In this document: positions 28,862-38,751 of the stretch, piece after piece | Layout: each line of letters starts with the position of its first letter | Numbering within the stretch: position 1 is the first letter of the stretch | DNA from: Marsupella aquatica | Lineage: Eukaryota; Plantae; Marchantiophyta | Direction: 5' to 3' | Assembly (NCBI GenBank): GCA_973895155.1 | Contig: OZ316895.1 | Location: 13,131,186-13,195,185, forward strand | DNA length: 64,000 bases | Position numbers and translations under genes: made by a program | The notes under the pieces: generated by a model | What the model saw: only the letters and a program-made list of their open reading frames with translations | Database searches by the model: none | What the model was told of the DNA's origin: nothing

Positions 28862-30517
28862 CTAATGTAGAGCACACATGCAATCTGGTGCGGGATATGA
28901 GTAGATAGACTGAGATGGTTTCCTAAGAGTCAGCTGGCCCATTCGCTGCTTATGACCAGCCCGCAAACCGTCTTGAAAATCAGACAAGCTAATAGTTCTG
29001 TTCCTAAACAATTGAGCCACTAAAACCATATCTAGTCGAAACGTCAATCCATCAATCTCATAGGCACGGTGAGCCACCAAAGCGTTGTGCATATTCCCTC
29101 TTGAAGCTGACATGAATGCATCGCTGTGCAATGATACGTGATAGTCAATTGCTGCCAATTGTGTAGCTTTTCCTTTAAAAGGCTCAATCTCTGCATCAGT
29201 GGTGAGGCTATACTTGTCCGACATCAGAGGGAACATGGAACGCAGGTGAGCCATCCTGCCTTCACCTCCGTAAACCTTATAAGAAGCAAGATACAGTAGA
29301 GTACTTGAACGAAACCCTAAGCCAACAAGGATAATTGCAACCTCTTCGGGTGTCAGAGGACACTTGCCCAGCTCACGAACCTTATCCATGGTATCCAATT
29401 GGTTGGACACTTTGCTATGCCAAACGTCTCGTCTGTATTTTGACAGTGCAAGCTTCTCTGCTCTACCACCTCCGAATTCACAAGCAGAATGAGCTGCCAT
29501 ATCTTTGTCAAATCTCAAGTGTAGTGCCACAAACTTCCTAGGAGACGCATGATCGAATCTCGTAATTGCTTCATTTGCATCATCCTCATCGTCAGTTGAA
29601 GTAGTGCCAAATACTTTCCAAGGTGCACTGCCCTGGAGCCGTAGAATAATCAGGTCTCCCAGATCTCTTATTGCAGGTTTGAACCTTAAAGCTTCAAAAT
29701 TCACGCGACATCGGAGCCTCTGAACTGCTGGTGAGATACTTTCAAAGCCAAGGCGGTGTGAGAAGGGGGCAACGGCAGCTATTCCATGACTTTTTATGAC
29801 AGGAAGGACTCTGTTCAAATACCATTGGGGACTTGCATGTGAAGGTGCATCCTTGATTCTAGTTTCACGCCATCCTGTGCCATAGTACTCTCGGGTACTC
29901 CATGCAAATTGAGCCGGTAACTCGGTCACAATGTGGACATCATTCTCCAAGGACCTCAAAAAATGTTCCACATCAAATATGTCTGCGAACGTGCTCTTGT
30001 CTTGCCAGACCGGGTTCACATCAAAGTGGGGAAGCACCAGGGTCACACCTAGTATCTTTGCAACAGCAACAGCATCACAAATCCCCATCCGCTGCTGATT
30101 AAGGCCTCCTTCTAGAAAAACCTGAAGATAACCTGCACTTGCACTTCCTCGAGCGGATGGCAAAGGTCCAGTTGGCGGATCTGGACAAGACCGGAAACCC
30201 TTTTGTGGGGGTTTCCACAAATCTTCTGGCTCTGGTCCAAACAGAAAATTCGTTCCGATGCCATCGAGAAGAAGAGGATGTCTGGCTTCGGAAACCTCCC
30301 ATTCCACGAACTGAGATGAGCGCCAGCTCTGAGGACCGAAACTTTGGGGCCAGAGCAAGGGTATGACCGTGATTGATAATGCCAATTTAGTCAGACCATT
30401 CCACACAAAATTCCACCTATCCTTCTTTCCACGCATTTCTGCAGTCAGACTGTTTCCTGCTGCGGAGCTCTTGGAAGAATACAACACTGGACCCACAAAC
30501 CGCTGCTCATCTCTCAT
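28862..30517 (-). CDS. O-fucosyltransferase family protein (DUF246/GT106), resembling Arabidopsis OFUT31/OFUT39; single coding exon
   Basis: 551-aa uninterrupted ORF with an N-terminal membrane anchor and motifs GYLQVFLEGGLNQQRMGICDAVAVAKIL, LRCRVNFEALRF, FVALHLRFDKDMAAHSAC, GKCPLTPEE, LAAIDY, SIYSYPAPDCMC. Confidence 0.93.
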   Translation of the reverse strand: MRDEQRFVGPVLYSSKSSAAGNSLTAEMRGKKDRWNFVWNGLTKLALSITVIPLLWPQSFGPQSWRSSQFVEWEVSEARHPLLLDGIGTNFLFGPEPEDLWKPPQKGFRSCPDPPTGPLPSARGSASAGYLQVFLEGGLNQQRMGICDAVAVAKILGVTLVLPHFDVNPVWQDKSTFADIFDVEHFLRSLENDVHIVTELPAQFAWSTREYYGTGWRETRIKDAPSHASPQWYLNRVLPVIKSHGIAAVAPFSHRLGFESISPAVQRLRCRVNFEALRFKPAIRDLGDLIILRLQGSAPWKVFGTTSTDDEDDANEAITRFDHASPRKFVALHLRFDKDMAAHSACEFGGGRAEKLALSKYRRDVWHSKVSNQLDTMDKVRELGKCPLTPEEVAIILVGLGFRSSTLLYLASYKVYGGEGRMAHLRSMFPLMSDKYSLTTDAEIEPFKGKATQLAAIDYHVSLHSDAFMSASRGNMHNALVAHRAYEIDGLTFRLDMVLVAQLFRNRTISLSDFQDGLRAGHKQRMGQLTLRKPSQSIYSYPAPDCMCALH

Positions 30518-30767
30518 GATGTCTTCTCAACTGCCGTTTCCCATTATGCTCAGACGTTCTCATCAACGAGATTGTCCAAATTGTGCACAGCAATGTTCAG
30601 GCCCTGTCTGAAAGTTTGTTGTGTGCGAGCAGGAGGGCGAAACATTGCTGTGCGAAGATGTTGCGAACATGGAGGTTTTTGAGAGAATGTAGCGTGATTT
30701 GTGTATAGAGTACTCAATCGTCCCAAGGGGGTTATGGGATGTAATCCCCTAGGGCAGTGAGCAAGAT

Positions 30768-31297
30768 GGGGTTACAGCCATGGTCCCCAAGTGGCAATGG
30801 ATTATCCTCCATAAACCCCAAGTGTAGTTTTGCTCTATCTTTCACCCAAAAATTGTGCCTGCAATTAGTGAGTCTCTTGAAGTTGCGGGGAAAAAAGGAA
30901 AGAAAAAACACGGGAAACTACTAGTTTTGGGTCACGGGTCAGGAGTGTGCGGACATGCATTTTCATGTCCGCCGTCTTTTTTCCGGGAATTTGTTGTTGA
31001 CCGCTACCGGAGGCAGAAAGGAGAGGTTTGAGACGCCCTGTTGAAGAACCCTCCAATCTGGATTACAAACATGGTCCCCAAGTAGCCATTCACCCAACTA
31101 AAAGCCTAAACCGCCGTGCCAAATTGTACTAAAAATGGTGATGGGCACTTAACTAGCAAGTGAAATTTGTGCCTAAAATTGGAGAACCCTCTCCACTGGG
31201 TTACAACTATGGTCCCCGAGTGGCCATTCGCCCTAAACTAAAGCCTAAACCGCCAATGCCAAATTCTACTAAAAATGGTGATGGGCACCCAACTAGA
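30768..31297. repeat. ~135-bp direct repeats upstream of the O-fucosyltransferase gene
   Basis: ttacaa..atggtcccc.agt.gccattc.ccc..actaaa.gcctaaaccgcc..tgccaaatt.tactaaaaatggtgatgggcac at ~31043-31156 and ~31181-31296, plus a partial copy at ~30768-30800. Confidence 0.8.
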
Positions 31298-32379
31298 AAC
31301 TCTGTTATGATAAACTTTTCAAGATGTTTTCACAGATAACCAAGAGTCCCTCTAACCTGATTGTTACATGGCACAATTGGTAAAATATATGTTTACACTC
31401 TTGCACTATATGGTGAATCCATCTTCCAGTATTTTGTCTTATTGAAACTTCTTTTCTTGTGTATTTTAATTCAATGTGTCTTACCAAGGTGCATCCTTTG
31501 TATACTTTAGATTTTGAATTTAATCTGGCACCCATCTAAATTTTTCAATCTTTGATATACTTTTGATCATCCACCCTTTAACAAAGCTCACTGAAGTTCT
31601 AGCCATTAGTGAAGAAGAAATGATCTAATTAAAGTGCACTCCTCATGTCTTTCAGTTCTACTCATGGTTTTGTGTCCTAAATTTATGGTTTTAATTCATT
31701 TGAGTGTCATTACCTAAGATAAGTACATAAGTATCTTTATTGGTGTATAGTATGTGCAGAACTCAATACCATAGACTTAAAAATTTTCTGTTCATTATTA
31801 CTTTTCTCTACATGTGTACTTTTATTCTTGTACCTTATGTGCATAACTTTTCAATGTCACGCTTCCTAATCAATGTCTTATTTATATTTGCCACAAAAAA
31901 ATAGATCCCTATATTTCACTAAAAAACTTAAACATTTTGCTAGAAGACAAAATAACTTTTCATGTTCCAGGATGAGTATGCTATAATGGGATATAGCCAC
32001 CTACTATGTCAACCCGCATATTTGAGGAGATATGTGAAAGGCACTATACCCATAATGGGGCTGTACATGATCTTAAACGTACATTCAAGGCAGGGACCAC
32101 TTTATGACAGCCACAAATCTGGACATTGCTCCTTTTAAACAAATGCAAACTAGACTCTAAGTTGCCTTTTGGGGTTTGTCCCTCTAGTTTGTTCTTTAGA
32201 TTTAATAGGCTTAGCCCTCCAAGCCTTTCTTCCAAAGAAAACCTCAAGCTTCAAGATGTACCAGATAATCCATTCTTGCACCTTCGTGCCGTCCACACAT
32301 GGAGATGATACTGTGCCAGTGTGACTCTTGTCCTCACTCCTCCACTCATCTCATGATGCCACCAAAAAAACAAAAACTA

Positions 32380-34325
32380 GTCTCAAACCCCTAAACTTCA
32401 TCTACCTTAAGTAGTCGTAAATAGTAATGAAGGATTGTACTCTTACCATGTTTGCATGCCTTTATATTAGGGGTCGCAAACAAATTGTGAGTGATTGTAC
32501 TCTTTAATCTATTTTGCATGTCTTGGCATGTCTTAGTTTATATTAGAGGATCTCAAACCTCAAAACCTTATGTCCCTGAAGTAAAAAAATATACACACTT
32601 TTTATATACAAAGGGACCAAACAGAGTACAAATGAACAAACAAAAGAGGGCCCAAGTGGACAAAACCAATCGAAAAAGAAGTGAGCAAAAGGGAACCACT
32701 AAACACCAAGAAAGAGGAACTAAAAGTAAGAAATGAACAATAGGGAACCCCTAAAAACCAAGAAAGAGAGAGAGACTAAAACTAACCCAAGCGGACCGAG
32801 GTCCTCATCATTCCTACCGATTGTGGCAAAAAGCTAATGGTCCACATCAAGAGTCAAAACTAGATCGGCAAGTGGGATTGGAACATCCTCAAGGGGAGCT
32901 AGCCGCTGCGGAGGCACACTAGCACCCACTGTAAGAGATCGACGATAGATGGCCCGAGCTTGAGCACGCTGTAAGGTGACTGAAATGCGTTGGCGAAAGT
33001 GCGTGGTCAAAATAGAAAGCGGGGGTCCGGTGGGACCCATTCGGCCATGAACATCCCGGGCAGCTTGCCGAAGAAGCCCATCAAACTGAGGATGAAGACG
33101 CCCAAATAGCTCCACAGCAAGGGGGAGGAAGCTGTCGGATGAAGCTCGTGCAGCATATTTGGCCTCCTTCGTTGTTGCCGCACGTGACGCTGCTGCCCCT
33201 GCCGTAGTTGCCGCTGTCCCAATGATGTCTTGGCGCAATGGGTTTGCCACCACAACATCTGCCAAAGTACGTTGACCCTCACGGACCATGGTAAGATCCA
33301 CCCGTAACCGCTGTGATGGAGGACCAGGTAACTCGAGTACCACCTCCCGCCGCACGCATACCAAAGAGCCAGAGAGAACCTGAGCAGTCGCATCTCGCAC
33401 AGCGTCGTGAACAATAATGGTTTCACCTCCCAAACTGCACCGAAGAAGATGGACACCTGTGGCATCACAAGGCTTCCCACAAGTGCAAGAAGGAGGTAAA
33501 CCTGCAAGAAGTGGGTGGGGCAGCCCCAGACGAAGACGCATGGCTGTGGAGAACTCCGTTGAAGACATCCGCAAATGAGGAATGACTGGATTGGCCTGAA
33601 GCCATCCACCTGCGCCCTTCCCTCCGGAAGAAAGAATCCGAGCTCGGTCCGTGTCAGGTGCCTCGGAGAGGATGCTGGAAAGGGTGAAAGTGTGCATACG
33701 CCCAACGAGGTCTGCCTGAAGACGAACGGGATCCAAGGATAACCTCAAAACCTCAAAACCTTATGTCCCTGAAATAGTCTGTGAGGGATTGTACTTTTAA
33801 CATGTTTGTTGTCTGCGTATAAGGGGTCTCAAACCTCAAAGCTTTATGTACCTTAAGTAGTCTTAACCAGTACGTAGGTGAGGGATTCTACTTTTAGCAT
33901 GTTTGATTGCTTGTCTTTAAGTGAGGGGGATCTCAAACCTCAAAATTTGATGTACTTCAATTAGTCTTACGTAGTCCTTTGAGGTATTGTACTTTCAGCA
34001 TGTTTGCTTGTCTTGATGTACTTTAATTAGTCTTTAGTAGTGACGGATTTTTCATCTTTTAGCATGTTTGCTTGTCTTTATATTACGGGGTCTTAAGCCT
34101 TAAAACTTGATGTACCTTAAGTGGTGTGGGATTGTACTTTTAGCATGGTATATTAGGGGGTCTTACTTGGTGTGGGATTGTACTTTTAGCATGTTTGCTT
34201 GTCTATACATTAGCGGTAGGGGGGTCTGCAGGTATTTGTTTGTGCATTTATCAGAGGGGCTCGATTTGAAGTAACATAGGTCTCATCCTTAGAGGAATTG
34301 CACTTTTAGAATTTTGTTTGTCTTT
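32380..34325. repeat. Degenerate ~60-100-bp tandem array, interrupted by a non-LTR element
   Basis: Unit gggtctcaaacctcaaa.ctt.atgtaccttaagtagtc...gggattgtacttttagcatgtttg recurs on both sides of the 32581-33747 insertion. Confidence 0.8.
32581..33747 (-). mobile_element. 5'-truncated non-LTR retrotransposon with restriction-like endonuclease (CRE-like)
   Basis: Open ORF 33748-32834 has LRLGLP, the CCHC knuckle CTC..H..C, HDAVRD, RVD..ADV (PD-(D/E)xK-like), KEAKY, LAVELFG and QRISVTLQR. The RT domain is absent. Flanked by a 26-bp direct repeat aaacctcaaaaccttatgtccctgaa at 32555-32580 and 33748-33773. Confidence 0.88.
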
Positions 34326-34969
34326 ACACAGACCCTGCTCTGTTAATTTTTAAGTTTATGTTTGTCACCCATCCTAGTGAGTAACTCGTACATTCAAACG
34401 TGATGTGATATCACAAATGTTGTGTTGTCAGGCCTAAGGGGCCTTTACAAGAATGAAGATACGCACAAGTTTTTTTTTCTAGACTGAGATGTCATCCCAG
34501 CCCTTAATTTAAGGTGGATTGTCATTATTGACTATAGAAGACTTATGGTGGCCATTTCACCACTGGTATGCCCAAACCTACATGGCAGTTGGTGGGTCTT
34601 GATTAGTCAAGCTTGGAGGGCTCTATGAGAACGAGGGAGGGCCTTCCAAGTGATCTAGGCCTAAGGACCCTAAACTTGGATCACTTGGAAAGCCTTCTGT
34701 CTTGATGAATCAAGCTTTACAGGAACAAACCCGATTTTTCACCCTTAGGACCCAACTTCAAAAAGCGGTCCAATTAGAATAAGGTGTTTGCGACAAAAAA
34801 TAAAGAACATTGTTCCTTACTGTATACTTTTTATAAAGTAATATAGATATACAATAAGGTATATATAAAGGCAAACCTAGAGCTCTTTATAAAATGAGCA
34901 TCAAAATCCAATCTTACATCCCAACCTAAAAAATACAGTAAGTTAAGCATCCAAGGTCCCACCCCTCTT

Positions 34970-35388
34970 TATAAAATGACTGTATTTGTGTTTGGGCTTG
35001 AAAGGCAAAAGTAGACCCATCCAATATATATTACAGTGCCCAAGGGCAAAAACGCCAAATCGGGAGACATGATGGCAAAGGCAAAGCAACCCATCCAATA
35101 GAGCATAGACTTTCTACTTTGGAGTATGCGCCACTGTAGGGTAGCCCACAAGGGGGGACAATACCCAGGGACCATACCAGGAAGGAGAGAGGGTTAAACC
35201 AGGGCCACAAAGCGTCCAGCCAGAGGCTAAGGAGAAACCAGTACTCCCACCACTACACCTCACCCACACAAACAAACAAACACACGCATACGCTCCACAC
35301 CACTTGCATGTGGAGGGGCCGGGATTGACAATGGGACCGCTTAGTTCCAGGATAATCCCCTGGCCAACTGGCCATAGCAAGTTGCTTA
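34970..35388 (-). mobile_element. Candidate tRNA-derived SINE
   Basis: Minus strand begins ...ctatggccagttggccagggg...gtcaatcccggcccctcc, an A-box-like motif and a degenerate B-box/T-arm, then a GT-rich body. The 3' boundary is uncertain and no TSD was found. Confidence 0.3.
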
Positions 35389-35685
35389 AATTGATGATAT
35401 TGTTAAAATTGCACGTGCTATCCTAAAAAGTACACTAAAATAACCAACCAAGGATCCACCCATTGAAGCAACAATGTCAATTTGCACCCCAATTGAGCAA
35501 ATCTCATGTAGATGAGTACTCTCGAGGACTTTTACTATAGTTTTCTGCTAACCAGCAGCCCCACATGGACTACATAAGTTAAGTTTGTATGTATTCTGAT
35601 GGTGGAAAATGCCAGAAAGCGCCACAAAATGATGTGTGTGGGGCCTAGTGGTCTGCTAGGTCAAGTGAGCAGCGGGGTGAGCAGG

Positions 35686-35801
35686 AGGTTAATACTTGGG
35701 GCCAGCAGGTCTGAGGTTCAAGTCTGCCTCTCCCACCTGATGTTGCGGACGATTGGTGGGTGTGTGGGTCGGGCCACACAAATCTTCTGTGCATAAAAAA
35801 A
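35686..35801 (+). mobile_element. Candidate tRNA-derived SINE
   Basis: gcggggtgagcaggagg...aggttcaagtctgcc resembles tRNA A and B boxes. It ends in an A8 tail at ~35794-35801. No TSD seen. Confidence 0.35.
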
Positions 35802-38634
35802 ATCTCTTGTGATTCAGAAAGAAAATATAAAATATCACTTGTAAAACTTGAAAGATCACATACCTCTAGGAATCAAAGGCTTGTTGGTTTGATTGTCCTA
35901 ATTGGTTTCCCAGGCCTGTGAGCACAATAAGCTCAACAGTACTATGGTTTTGATAAACTGTGCGCTATTACAATTTGGGGCCATTTTTGGGCCCCATCAC
36001 AACAGTGAACCAAAGTTCAGCCAATAAAGCACTTTATCCCACCAAGAGAAAATCTATAATTGCTATTTAGTGATGACTGCAGTGAAGAGGAACATTGCTT
36101 AATTATACCCCATGTCACTCAATGAAACAAATTTTAAGAGAAGTGAATCATCCCTCTAGATTTCATCGGCAATAGGTAAGTGCATGCAGCTAAGCCAGAA
36201 TATACACTACAAGTAACCAATAAGCCTCCAGCTGTGTAGTAAATTAGAGAAAACTGCTGATTGCTTTTGGGTAGTGTTTATCATGAAGAGGTGAAAATTG
36301 AAATCTACAGTAGGCGACCTGATAACTTGTAAACTTCTCAGATCATGAACTCAACAGTCCTGACTTATATTAGTCAAAGAATAAGATAGATTTCTTTTCT
36401 GTGTCAACTATTCGCTTGAGGAAGTCCGCAAACTGACTCTACTTAGAATCAATTAGGCTGTAGTTCTTATGCCATCGTGGGCTTTTTGGATCTTTGGTCT
36501 TCAAGGGTCTTTATCTTGTTTTGTCCCCTATATTGAGTCCCTTGCCTTTGGGATCCTTTGTCTTTGGCAGTCTGATATATATAATTAGAAGGAGTGAATA
36601 GGTAACTTACCATTTCCACATATAAACTTTAATTAGAAAGGAGCAACAAGACAGTGAATTCTTTCATGAGTATCCAACAGGGAAGTGACTGTGCTAGTCA
36701 TAATCCTCACAAGCTAGATTTGTTTTGGATAAGCCTTTGGTCAAGGAATATTTCAGAACACAAAGACAGAGGGAATCCTACATGGCACTAGGGAAGGCAG
36801 GTCAAGTGAAAAACAAACCAGATAGACACAAAGGTTCTTCAGATGAACTCTCAGAACTCTGATAGACAGACCAAACATTTAAACTATACTTTATAGTGCT
36901 TTGCACCTTCTTGTTACACTCTTAGGTTACACTATGATTTGAGTGCGTCCCTTGTGTCCAGGGGGCCTCTTCCTGTGGAAAAACGATTTCTCTTTCTGAT
37001 CAGAAATTAGATATGAACCAATAGAGAGAACTAGTGATAGGGGAAACAGAGAAAGCCACATCTACTGCAAATCCTGCACTGAACAAGGGCAAAACTGAAA
37101 CCTTTCTTCCTTGTGATTAATGTCTTTTACAGGGTAAGTTGTAATCCATTTCTAAAACCCAAAAGAGAATGCCAACCTTTACAGATTTAATAGTACTTTT
37201 CTTTAGACTCCCTCTAGGCCTCAAAAAGGTAATGTAGAAGTAAGAAACAGAAGCCCCCATGACATTCACCATTCTAAAAAATGCCTAATGTGGATGGAAT
37301 TTGGCAAGCCCAGTAGAGTCTCCATATCCAATCTTTGTCAAATAATTAATTCTTGTGTAATATGATGCTCCTGTGGATGCACGATGTAGACCAATCTACA
37401 ATATAATCCACTGTTGAAATGCACCATTCATGACCTAGTCCTTAGGTCTGAGCTTAGTTCATAACATTTAGATCATGCTTGTGAGTAAAGACCAGCATGG
37501 GGAGTCTACAGGGGACCCTTCCTGGTTATCTTTAGTGCATAAGTGCTAGTCGTTGGGAATATCCAGTGTGACTAGTGAGTAAAATCAAGTGCATCCTGGC
37601 TTTAAAATTCTATATACGTGAGTAATTTGACAAACCTAGAGGGCTTTTATTCGAACAAGGGCATGGCCCCAAGTGACCACATGGTTACAATAACAAATAA
37701 AATAACTCATCAATTTTTCTTAATTTGCATTTCTTTGTCACGGACACCAAACAAAAAATAGATAAAATGTACTCCCAAAGACATGACCGTTGATCCTCCA
37801 TTGAACGATCCAGATCTAAGATACGTATTAGTACAATCATACCGCATCAGCTACGTCAAGTGCACACGGAATGCTACGTAGTGTACAGTGCAATCTTGCA
37901 TGACAAGGCCGGGGTTAGACTACGGTAGTAGACCTTGGGTCCACAGTACATACCAATAGGGTACATGCAATCAGGGACTCAGGGTACGTTGCCCGGGGGC
38001 AGTGGGGCATGCCGTGCGGAAACCGCATGTGCATGAAATGAACAACGGACATTGGCACCGGGCAGCAGCGCAGCGATCCGATGTGACCCGGGCATCCGGG
38101 CTGGGCACTGTTACCAGTAACCGGTAAGCTACCATACCATAAGTAGCTCGTATTTCTCCCACCCAGGGCAGCCGCACAGGACAAATTGAGTGGAACTGGA
38201 TCCGTTCATCGTCCCCCTACGGCCAGCAGAAAGTCTATATAATTTGGGTTTTTGAATGGAATGCCGGGCAGCAGGAATGGAATTCAAAATTAACCACCGT
38301 ACTAGAACGAAAACGAATACCGTAGCGTCATGTCAGGTGGCATGAGAGGGAACAATAAATAGATAAATATTAAACTTCTGGTTGTAGTGGACTTATCCGG
38401 AAAGATCATTGCTTCAGTGAAAAATTTTAAGCAAGTTTTTTTTAAATGACCTGTTCACAAACTTCTTTTAACAGGCATGGTCACTTTTCTTTGAGAAAAA
38501 TTGGCAAGACACGACTTATCAGTAAATATAATTTGATGGATTGTGTACTTATTGATAAATGCACACCCTTTCTCAATGGACTAAAAAATGCAGTCATTAA
38601 GGGTTATTGTTTCGCCAAAGATTCCCATGCCAAT

Positions 38635-38751
38635 AATATATCAAAATGTGATAAGATATGGTGTACATTCACTGATTAAAATAAAATAATGAGTTTTATT
38701 ATGGTATGGAATGATATTAATCATTATATGTCATATTTTGATGTGCAATTA
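38635..38751. mobile_element. Small AT-rich hairpin MITE, degenerate copy of the 59776 element
   Basis: atcaaaatgtgata...tcactgatt...tgtcatattttgatgtgcaatta shares both arms with 59776-59877. Confidence 0.55.

Noticed and set aside
33007-33705. 232-aa ORF overlapping the retroelement ORF
   Set aside because: Alternative-frame shadow of a GC-rich ORF with no recognisable motifs.
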